The position numbers were made by a program, and so were the translations under genes. Positions 56,547 through 64,000 of a stretch of DNA of 64,000 nt are shown here, one piece after another. This DNA is from Deltaproteobacteria bacterium (GTDB lineage Bacteria; Myxococcota_A; Polyangia; Fen-1088). Position 1 is the stretch's first letter. Each line of letters opens with the position of its first letter. The notes below the pieces were generated by a model. That model saw nothing but the letters and a program-made list of their open reading frames with translations, was not told where the DNA came from and did not search any database. Where the stretch lies: positions 1 to 64,000 of the forward strand of contig JANRKS010000032.1 in NCBI GenBank assembly GCA_033763315.1, in the 5' to 3' direction.

Positions 56547-57221
56547 TCAGTTTCCTCGAATCGTTCCGGCGGTGGGTTGAGGCTCTGACGAACCACCCAA
56601 CGTCAATGCCAACACCACCACAGCCGTGGCCACCACAACGCCCCCCACGCCGGCCCAAAACCAAGGGTTGGACGTGAGCGGGCGATTCGTCTCGGGCTCT
56701 TCATTGCGAGCGACGATGAGCGTGGATCCTGTCGTTGTTGGCTCGGCCGCGGGGGTGGCGGCAGCGGGCGTCGTGGGGACCGGAGGTGGTGGCGCGTCCG
56801 GTTCAGCCGCCATGTCGTTGGGCGGCGCCGAAGCCACGCGCTTTTCGTCTGACAAAGCCTTCGAGAGATTCTCGACGTGCTTTTCAGATTCCTCTCGGTT
56901 GGCGCCTGTGCGCGCGTAAAGGCGCAAGTAGCTTTGGTAAAGATCTAAAGCGCGCTCCTTGTGGCCTGCCATGCGGTGTGCCTGAGCCGCGTTGTAAAGC
57001 AAGGCGGGCGTGGGCTTGATGGCAAACGCGGCTTCATAGGCTTCGGCGGCGTCTGCAAATTTGCCAAGCCCGAACGATGCTTTGCCTTTGTCGACATAGG
57101 CTCGAAACGATTCGTCTTCTTTGGACGCCGCCCACAGTGAACCGCAGGAGAACGTCAGAACAGCGACGACGATAAGCTTTGTGAGGAAGGTGCGGGCAGG
57201 CAGCGAACGCGGCATCGTCAT
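56547..57221 (-). CDS. Exported tetratricopeptide repeat protein
   Basis: AAEAYEAAF...LLYNAAQAHR...ALDLYQSYL; C-terminal PWFW plus TM segment. Confidence 0.85.
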   Translation of the reverse strand: MTMPRSLPARTFLTKLIVVAVLTFSCGSLWAASKEDESFRAYVDKGKASFGLGKFADAAEAYEAAFAIKPTPALLYNAAQAHRMAGHKERALDLYQSYLRLYARTGANREESEKHVENLSKALSDEKRVASAPPNDMAAEPDAPPPPVPTTPAAATPAAEPTTTGSTLIVARNEEPETNRPLTSNPWFWAGVGGVVVATAVVVLALTLGGSSEPQPTAGTIRGN

Positions 57222-57234
57222 TTCAGGCTCCGGG

Positions 57235-58680
57235 TCATTCAGCTAAGGCATCCAAGTCAGTGGGTCGGGCGCTTGTATCTTTGGTTTTAGACCGTCGTTT
57301 GATGGGCTTTTTGGGGTCGCTCGGATCAACCACTAGTGCATCCAGATCGCGTTGCGGGGGCGCTGTGGTTTTAGGGGCACTTGGCGTTGGCACGCGTTGC
57401 CGTGGCGGTTCGAGGGGGGCGGGTGGTGGCAGTTGTGCAGCGGCGGGTGCTTCGTTACGCGGTGGCGCCACGTTCGGAACAGGCACGGGATCCACCGGTG
57501 CTGCTGGCTGGGTGGTTGCGGTCGCCCGCGCCGGCGCTCGATCAACGACGCGCGGCCGCATGAACCAAAACGCAGCAACACCAATGAGCGCCGCCGCAAG
57601 CGCGATGGGCAGCACACGATGCACGCGCCTTGGGGGCACCGGATCAACTTCGCCCGCGGCCAGCGTGAATGTGGTTCGGGCCGCCGGCACGGACGTCGAT
57701 GCTCGTGGCCCAGTGACACCACTGGCGGGTGTGAGGATGGCTGTTCGCCCCACAACCGCCAACGCGGGAGAGGACAAGAAGGCCACTCCACTTTTCGCGA
57801 TGTTGTCTAATTCCGATTCCACCTCGGTCATGGTGGCCACGCGAGCTTGCGGATCGCGCGCCAGCATGCGCGCCACGAGCCGCTCGAACGCCTCGGGTAC
57901 GCCTGGAACCACCCCTGACAGCGCCGGTGGATCCTCCGTGAGGCGCGCGGCGATCATTTCACCTAGCCCCTCGTAAAGGAAAGGGGGGCGCCCCGCGGCC
58001 ATCTCGAACAGAATGCAACCAAGCGCGTAGATGTCCGTGCGGTGATCAATGACGCCGCGGCCGCGCGCCTGTTCAGGCGACATATAAGCCGGCGTTCCCA
58101 CCAAAATGCCAGTGCCTGTGAGCCGCACGTCGGCCTCTGCGTCCACGAGCTTCGCGATGCCAAAGTCGAGCACTTTGGCACGAGGGCCAACGCCACTTTG
58201 CATCGGATCCTCAACCAGGAAAATGTTGTCGGGTTTCAGATCGCGATGAACGATTTTCTGCACGTGGGCCGCGCCCACCGCCGAAGCCACCTGGCGTCCC
58301 ACCGACAGGATGAACGCAAGATCTGCCCGCGAGCCCTGGCTCACGGCCTGACGAAGGTTCTTTCCTTCGAGCAGCTCCATGACAATGTACGCGCGGCCCG
58401 TTTGTGTGACGCCGCAATCGACGATTTCCACGATGCCAGGATGGCGGATACGGGATGTGGCCTTGGCTTCGATGAAGAAGCGCTCAAGGGCGCCGTCGTC
58501 CGACGTCCACGTCGGCAGCAGCAACTTTACGGCGGCGCGCCGCTCAAGCCGCTGGTGCTCGCCGATCCACACTTCGCCCATACCGCCCTGGCCCAGCTTG
58601 CGGATAAGCCGATAGCCTCCGATGAGCTCCTCGGGAGCTTCGGAGGGGGAGTCGGATGAATGCGAGTGGTCGTTCGGCAC
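57235..58680 (-). CDS. Membrane Ser/Thr protein kinase
   Basis: GQGGMG, AAVK, HRDLKPDN, DFG and GTPAYMSPE. Confidence 0.95.
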   Translation of the reverse strand: MPNDHSHSSDSPSEAPEELIGGYRLIRKLGQGGMGEVWIGEHQRLERRAAVKLLLPTWTSDDGALERFFIEAKATSRIRHPGIVEIVDCGVTQTGRAYIVMELLEGKNLRQAVSQGSRADLAFILSVGRQVASAVGAAHVQKIVHRDLKPDNIFLVEDPMQSGVGPRAKVLDFGIAKLVDAEADVRLTGTGILVGTPAYMSPEQARGRGVIDHRTDIYALGCILFEMAAGRPPFLYEGLGEMIAARLTEDPPALSGVVPGVPEAFERLVARMLARDPQARVATMTEVESELDNIAKSGVAFLSSPALAVVGRTAILTPASGVTGPRASTSVPAARTTFTLAAGEVDPVPPRRVHRVLPIALAAALIGVAAFWFMRPRVVDRAPARATATTQPAAPVDPVPVPNVAPPRNEAPAAAQLPPPAPLEPPRQRVPTPSAPKTTAPPQRDLDALVVDPSDPKKPIKRRSKTKDTSARPTDLDALAE

Positions 58681-58770
58681 AGACCGGTCCTGCGCCTTAA
58701 ACCCACAACTCGTCGAATGTGGGAAAGTCTGCCGGGGTTCTTTGCGGAAAGCCGATCGCTTTTCTACGAC

Positions 58771-60201
58771 TCAGGGAGGTGGTTTGGGCTCGTCGGCCGT
58801 TGAGCCATCTCGAAAGCTCTCGGGATCAAGGCCGAACCGCTCCAGCCATCGATGGATCTGCATGCGTGCCTTCCCCATGTCGCGGGCCACAGCGCTGATG
58901 TTGCCGCGGTGGCGTGCAAGCGATTGCCTCAGGCGCTCGCGTGTGTCTTGCGGCGGCTCGTTGGCCACGGGTTCGGCGGCGTGCGTGGAGGGCGGCTCCT
59001 CGCCCAGGTGACTCGCTTCAATCTCGCCTTGGCCGCTGGCCAACACGCTGGCCGCCGCCAGCGCTTGATCAAGTTCACGAATGTTAAGCAGCCAGCGGCG
59101 GCGGAACAATGCAATGCACGCCTCCGACTGGAATTTCATGTGGCCGGCCTTTTCGCCACCGTGCCGAGCCAACAACTGCGCGACAAGCAGACCAATATCA
59201 ACACGCCGATCGCGCAAAGGTGGCAAGCGCAAGATGAATCCCGCGAGGCGCGCCAGCAGATCGGCGCGAAACGCGCCAGATTGAACCGCCTTTTCAAGAT
59301 GGGGTTGTGTGGCCGCGATGATGCGCACGTCAACGCGCACGGGTCGCGTTGCACCCAAGGGCAGCACTTCGCCCTCTTGCAGGACGCGCAAAAGTTTGGC
59401 TTGGCTTCCCGCGGGCAATTCGGCCACTTCATCCAACAGCAGCGTGCCATTGTCGGCCGAGCGAATGAGACCCAGGCGATCTTCTTTGGCGTCGGAGAAA
59501 GCACCTTTGCGGTAACCGAACAATTCGCTCTCGACCAAAGTTTCGGGCAAGGCCGCGCAGTTGACCGCGATGAACGGACCGGTTCGCTGTGACAGCGCGT
59601 GGATCTGCCTCGCCATCACCTCTTTGCCCGTGCCTGTTTCCGCCACCAGCATCAACGGCACACGCGAGGGCGCCAGGCTCGCTGCGGTTTCAAACACGTG
59701 GGCGGTTTGTGGATCAAAGGTCGCGGGCTCACCCCCAATCATGAACGGCTCACCGCGTGTGTTGTTGCGCGCCTCGCTCAACATAAAAACGGAGCGCCCC
59801 ACGATGAACCAGTCGCCAGCTTTGAGCCGTGCGCGCGTGATGACGTCGCCGTTGATGCGCGTGCCGTTGCGGGAGCCCAGATCTTCAAGCCAGATCGCAT
59901 CGCCCTCAAACTGCAGACGCGCGTGGCGTCCCGACACCAAAGGATCACCAAGCTCAAGGCGCGCTGACCGAGCCACTGCGCCAGGCATGAGCGCAACCGC
60001 GCCGCCGCGGCCCAACACCACCTCGGTCACGCCCGTAAGATCGAAGGCTTGTCCGCCGAAAAGGGGTGCGTCACCGCGAAAGGCCAGCACCAACCTGGGC
60101 CCTTGCGGGCCGGGGGCGCCCGTGGCAGGCCGGCTGACCTCGGCCTGGGTGTCTCCAGGTGCTGGTGCTGGCAGTGATGAAGATCGCGTGGCGCTCGTCA
60201 A
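58771..60201 (-). CDS. FHA-domain sigma54-type enhancer-binding protein (AAA+, Fis HTH)
   Basis: FHA (GR...VSGRHA...DLGSRNGT), ETGTGKE, VNCAAL, ESELFG..KGAFSDA, LDEV and HTH. Probable TTG start overlapping the upstream stop. Confidence 0.9.
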   Translation of the reverse strand: MTSATRSSSLPAPAPGDTQAEVSRPATGAPGPQGPRLVLAFRGDAPLFGGQAFDLTGVTEVVLGRGGAVALMPGAVARSARLELGDPLVSGRHARLQFEGDAIWLEDLGSRNGTRINGDVITRARLKAGDWFIVGRSVFMLSEARNNTRGEPFMIGGEPATFDPQTAHVFETAASLAPSRVPLMLVAETGTGKEVMARQIHALSQRTGPFIAVNCAALPETLVESELFGYRKGAFSDAKEDRLGLIRSADNGTLLLDEVAELPAGSQAKLLRVLQEGEVLPLGATRPVRVDVRIIAATQPHLEKAVQSGAFRADLLARLAGFILRLPPLRDRRVDIGLLVAQLLARHGGEKAGHMKFQSEACIALFRRRWLLNIRELDQALAAASVLASGQGEIEASHLGEEPPSTHAAEPVANEPPQDTRERLRQSLARHRGNISAVARDMGKARMQIHRWLERFGLDPESFRDGSTADEPKPPP

Positions 60202-60956
60202 AATGGCCCCATCCACATGGCGCCCACGGCGGTCGCATTTGGCAACCACAGCGCGAGGTTGGGCGAAGGCTCGCGCGCGCGTTGGCCGAGCCACGCCGAA
60301 ACACCCAAAGTCAAAACGCCTGCGCCGGCGGCGGACCACCCAATGATGCGCTCGGTTTGCGCGCGCGCCCGCGCGTCCCGATAGCCTTGATAACTTTGCG
60401 CATCGTTGGCGGCATTGGCTTCAAGCTGTGACACCAAAAGTGCAATCCCCCCGGCCACAACCAAGGCGGTGCCTGTGGCGACGAACGGCCAAACCTTCGG
60501 CGACGGTGCTGGTGATGGTGGCGGGGGCGCCGGCAAGGGTGTGGGCGCGGGTGGCGGCAACGCTGGTGCCGTTTCGCACCGACGAAGGGCGATGCGGGCC
60601 GCTTCTTGTTGTTCGGAGGAAGCCGCGCTTTGCAAAAAGCGTTGGTATAGCGGTTCCGCTTCCCTGCAGTTGCCGGCCAATCGTTCTGCCTGTGCCCAAG
60701 CGAACAACGCGCTGCTGCTTGGCGCCATCTGAAACGACGCTTTGAATTCGTTGCGGGCGTCGCCGAATCGCTTGAGGTCAGCAAGCTCTACACCCCGCTC
60801 GAAGGCCGCTTGTGCTTGTGGCGTGGCTGGCGTTTCGGTCAACGCCGAAGCTTCTTCGGCTTGCAAAGCCGCGGCGCCAAGGAGCACGCACGCGGCCACC
60901 AGCGCGATGAGAACGCGGGCGCAGCGAACGCGGCGGATGAAAAAGGAGGCGGTCAA
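60198..60956 (-). CDS. Exported TPR-like protein
   Basis: Signal peptide; AFERG...ARNEFKASF...AQAERLAGNCREA...YQRFL; C-terminal hydrophobic segments. Confidence 0.75.
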   Translation of the reverse strand: MTASFFIRRVRCARVLIALVAACVLLGAAALQAEEASALTETPATPQAQAAFERGVELADLKRFGDARNEFKASFQMAPSSSALFAWAQAERLAGNCREAEPLYQRFLQSAASSEQQEAARIALRRCETAPALPPPAPTPLPAPPPPSPAPSPKVWPFVATGTALVVAGGIALLVSQLEANAANDAQSYQGYRDARARAQTERIIGWSAAGAGVLTLGVSAWLGQRAREPSPNLALWLPNATAVGAMWMGPF

Positions 60957-60968
60957 CGGTTACCTGTT

Positions 60969-62489
60969 TTACTTCGGCAGCAGCACAGAGTCAGGATCCC
61001 ACACGCGCACCTTGTTTTGCTTTTCGGCGGGTGGGCTCGGCGGCGTGGGGGGCACGGGGGGAGGATCGGGCACTGGCGCCAAATTTGTGTGTGAACGCCT
61101 TCGGATTTTAGGGGCGGGCGCAGGGCGGGGCGTTGGGCCTGGGCCGGTGGATGGTGGCGCGGCTGGCACCGGCGCCGTCGCGGTGGGTGGCGCAGGCAGC
61201 GTCGTCATCGCCGCAGGCGCCCGCGGCTCCGAAACGGGGGGCAAGACGGGTGCTGGCTTCGGCCTGATCCACCACAGCCCTGCCAGAATGCATAGACCCG
61301 CACCGAGTCCCCAAAGCCGCCAACGCAACGCAGGCTTGCGGGCCGCCCGTGGCTCGGGTGCCACCAGCTCCGGCTGCGTGTGATCCGCGCTTGCTGAGGC
61401 GTCGCTGTGCGCCTCGTGCGCAAGCAACACCTCCGCGGCTGGCAACCGCGCCAGATGCTCACCTAAGGTGAGACCGCCTTGCTCCGCTTCGCGCCACGTG
61501 GCGAGCTTGCGCGAAAACAGCGTTCGCATAAGTTGCGCAAGCGCGTTCGCGTCGTGCGGCTCGTCCCGTCGGGTGGCGATGAAGGCATCAACGGCGATCG
61601 CTAGATCGTGTGCCGTGGCAAAACGTTGATCAGGATCAACCGCCAGCGCTCGCACGATGGCGGCTTCCAGGAGCGGCGGCAGATCGTGTCGACGTCGCGA
61701 AGGTGATGGTATTTGCCCCGAGGTGATCTGATCAAGAATCGCCAGTTCGGTGGCGCCTTGAAACAAGCGCGTGCCCGTGAACAATTCAAACATCAACACG
61801 CCTAAAGAAAACACGTCCGAGCGGCGATCGATCGCGCCACCTTTGGCCTGCTCGGGCGACATATACGCTAGCTTGCCCTTGAGCGTGCCGTGCGTGGTGC
61901 TTGTTTGCTGCTCCTCCCACTTGGCCACGCCGAAATCCGCAAGCTTGACGGTGCCATTGAAACCGACAAGAACGTTTGACGGCGATACGTCGCGATGAAC
62001 GATGTTCAACGGGCGGCCATCGTCGCTGCATTTTTCGTGCACGTAATGAAGCGCGCGTGCGGCTGTGGCCACGATGGTCGCGGCCAAGACATCGCTTAAA
62101 CTTGTGTTGGCCAGCGCGCAGGCACGTGTGATCGAACGCAGATCTTCACCGTGCACATACTCCATAGCGAAAAAGTAGTGGCCATCCTGTGTGCCCACGT
62201 CGTGCACTTGCGTGATGTGCGGATGATCCAGCTTTGCAAGCAGGCGCGCCTCATCCATGAACATGCGAACCAAGATCGGATCGTCCGCGTATTGCGGGAT
62301 CAACCGCTTGACCACCACCACTTTTTCAAAGCCGCCGATGCCATCGACGCGCGCCAAGAAGATTTCCGCCATGCCGCCCACGGCCAAACGCGACAACAGC
62401 CGGTAGCGCCCCAAGCTGCCCAACGCTTCAGCAGGGCGGTCGGCGTTGGCGCCGTCGGGGGCAAGCTTTAAGGACTGTGGCGGAAGCAT
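60969..62489 (-). CDS. Membrane Ser/Thr protein kinase
   Basis: GGMAEIF, VVVK, HRDVSPSN, DFG and GKLAYMSPE. Confidence 0.95.
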   Translation of the reverse strand: MLPPQSLKLAPDGANADRPAEALGSLGRYRLLSRLAVGGMAEIFLARVDGIGGFEKVVVVKRLIPQYADDPILVRMFMDEARLLAKLDHPHITQVHDVGTQDGHYFFAMEYVHGEDLRSITRACALANTSLSDVLAATIVATAARALHYVHEKCSDDGRPLNIVHRDVSPSNVLVGFNGTVKLADFGVAKWEEQQTSTTHGTLKGKLAYMSPEQAKGGAIDRRSDVFSLGVLMFELFTGTRLFQGATELAILDQITSGQIPSPSRRRHDLPPLLEAAIVRALAVDPDQRFATAHDLAIAVDAFIATRRDEPHDANALAQLMRTLFSRKLATWREAEQGGLTLGEHLARLPAAEVLLAHEAHSDASASADHTQPELVAPEPRAARKPALRWRLWGLGAGLCILAGLWWIRPKPAPVLPPVSEPRAPAAMTTLPAPPTATAPVPAAPPSTGPGPTPRPAPAPKIRRRSHTNLAPVPDPPPVPPTPPSPPAEKQNKVRVWDPDSVLLPK

Positions 62490-62565
62490 GAGCGTTTTGG
62501 CATATTATGCCGGACGTCTGCCGCTGCGTGCGCGGGCTTGCAAAGTAGTTGTATTTCAATCTCCC

Positions 62566-64000
62566 ATGCGCCCGCTTTCGTCTCACTGTGTGTTTGTGCT
62601 GGCGGTGACGCTGGCTGCGTGCGCACCGCGTTCGTTTGATTGCACCCTTGATGAACAGTGCGCCTACCAAGGCCAATCGGGCCGCTGCGAAGCGAATGGG
62701 GCCTGCAGCTTGCCCGACAAGCGATGCGGCTCCGGATTTCGTTATGCACCCTTTAGTGGCGACGGTGTGTGCGCTCCTGTGCGCGCGGTGGATGCTGGCG
62801 CCGACGCTGCAACGCCGAGTGACGACGCGACAACCGACGGCGCCGCCCTGGTGGTTTGCCAAACCATGAGCCTCAGCGCGGGTGGCAGGCACACTTGTTT
62901 GGTCCAATCGACCGATGGCGTGTCGGGGCGGCTGATGTGTTCAGGTGACAACAGCCGCGGGCAGCTTGGTGACGGCTCAACAACCAATCGTTCTTCGCTC
63001 CGTGCCGTCGACGCGGGCACCTCATTCACAGCCGTTTCTGCAGGCACGTGGCACACGTGCGCCATCAACAAAGCGGCCCAGGTGTTGTGTTTTGGCGACA
63101 ACACGTGGGGGCAAACGGGCAGCGCTGATCGCGGCATCAAACTCGTGCCGGCACCCGTGGCGGGCGCGCTGTCATTCGCCAAGGTGTCTGCCGGCGTGAG
63201 CCACACCTGTGGCGTGACTTTAGATAGTTCCGTCTATTGTTGGGGCGACAACCGTCGCAAACAATTGGGGCGAGCCGTTGGCGAATCGGTAGACGTGCCG
63301 TCGCTGGTTGAAGGGTTGGGGGAGGTGGTGGACGTTCGCGCAGGTGATGGCTGGAGTTGTGCGCTGAGACGCAATGGCGATTCAGTGTGCTGGGGCGACA
63401 ATTCGCGCCGCCAAATCAAAGACGACGTGGCCACCACCATCGCGGCGCCCACGGCACGGCTTGATGTGAACCAAAGCAAAGCCCTGCGCGTGGGTGGCCG
63501 TTTCGCCTGCACCAAAGACGACGGTGGATCCGTTTGGTGTTGGGGTGACAACGCGGACAGCCAGCTGGGGCGCGCGGCCTCTGCGCGCGAGCCGCAAGCG
63601 GCGGTGGTGGCAGGCCTGCCGCCCGTGGATGCCTTTGCGCTCGGGCAATCGCATGCGTGTGCGGTTACGGGCGGGGGCAAAGTGTCGTGTTGGGGCCGCG
63701 GCACCGAGGGGCAGCTGGGGGCCGGCGGCACGTTTGATTCCTTCGCACCTGTGAGCGTGGCGGTACCCAAGGTGAACTTGATCGCGGCGGGCCAGTCGCA
63801 TTCGTGCGCCGCCGATGGCAGCCAACGTCTGTGGTGTTGGGGCCAGGCGAGGTTCGGACAATTGGGTAACGCGGCGGCGGTTGTGAGCAACGCGCCCGTG
63901 GCCGTGGCGAACGTGAATTTGGCGCAGCAATTGGCGGCGGGGGCGGCGCATACGTGTGCGCTGCTGGGCGATGGCAGTGTGCTGTGTTGGGGCGATGGCG
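62566..64000 (+). CDS. RCC1/BLIP-II repeat lipoprotein (partial, runs off the window; absent from the ORF track)
   Basis: Manual translation from ATG 62566: MRPLSSHCVFVLAVTLAAC..., then repeated SAG..HTC......V.CWG.N..GQLG units. Confidence 0.9.
   Translation, partial: MRPLSSHCVFVLAVTLAACAPRSFDCTLDEQCAYQGQSGRCEANGACSLPDKRCGSGFRYAPFSGDGVCAPVRAVDAGADAATPSDDATTDGAALVVCQTMSLSAGGRHTCLVQSTDGVSGRLMCSGDNSRGQLGDGSTTNRSSLRAVDAGTSFTAVSAGTWHTCAINKAAQVLCFGDNTWGQTGSADRGIKLVPAPVAGALSFAKVSAGVSHTCGVTLDSSVYCWGDNRRKQLGRAVGESVDVPSLVEGLGEVVDVRAGDGWSCALRRNGDSVCWGDNSRRQIKDDVATTIAAPTARLDVNQSKALRVGGRFACTKDDGGSVWCWGDNADSQLGRAASAREPQAAVVAGLPPVDAFALGQSHACAVTGGGKVSCWGRGTEGQLGAGGTFDSFAPVSVAVPKVNLIAAGQSHSCAADGSQRLWCWGQARFGQLGNAAAVVSNAPVAVANVNLAQQLAAGAAHTCALLGDGSVLCWGDG

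Noticed and set aside
62428-63951. Minus-strand ORFs near the window end
   Set aside because: Shadows of the plus-strand RCC1 gene that the ORF track missed because it lacks a stop in the window.
1-64000. rRNA, tRNA, prophage or intact transposase genes
   Set aside because: None recognised; intergenic gaps are short and no matching motifs were seen by eye.

Overview
High-GC bacterial DNA with a myxobacterial (Myxococcota-like) gene repertoire: MYXO-CTERM-like tails, a TIGR02266-type PilZ protein, three Ser/Thr kinases, an FHA-sigma54 activator and an RCC1 lipoprotein. The taxonomy is inferred from these families. Positions 1-4330 are the distal, decaying end of an integron cassette array: two intact 131-bp attC sites plus three damaged ones from one repeat family, toxin-antitoxin cassettes, an FRG protein, a methyltransferase and a group II intron RT fragment. 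No integrase is in the window. Positions 14.9-26.1 kb hold a co-oriented cellulose-utilisation locus: an unclassified GH-like MYXO-CTERM lipoprotein, a structured leader, an orphan outer-membrane beta-barrel, lipoprotein GH9, a CBM-like lipoprotein, lipoprotein GH48 and a cytoplasmic cellobiose phosphorylase. It has no SusC/D, dockerin or ABC genes and is the best candidate for an undescribed system. The remainder is housekeeping, signalling and envelope genes, including a lipoprotein/TonB-dependent receptor/HEAT operon and a kinase-TPR-EBP operon ending in a CHAP-like amidase. All calls come from reading motifs by eye; no database searches were run.
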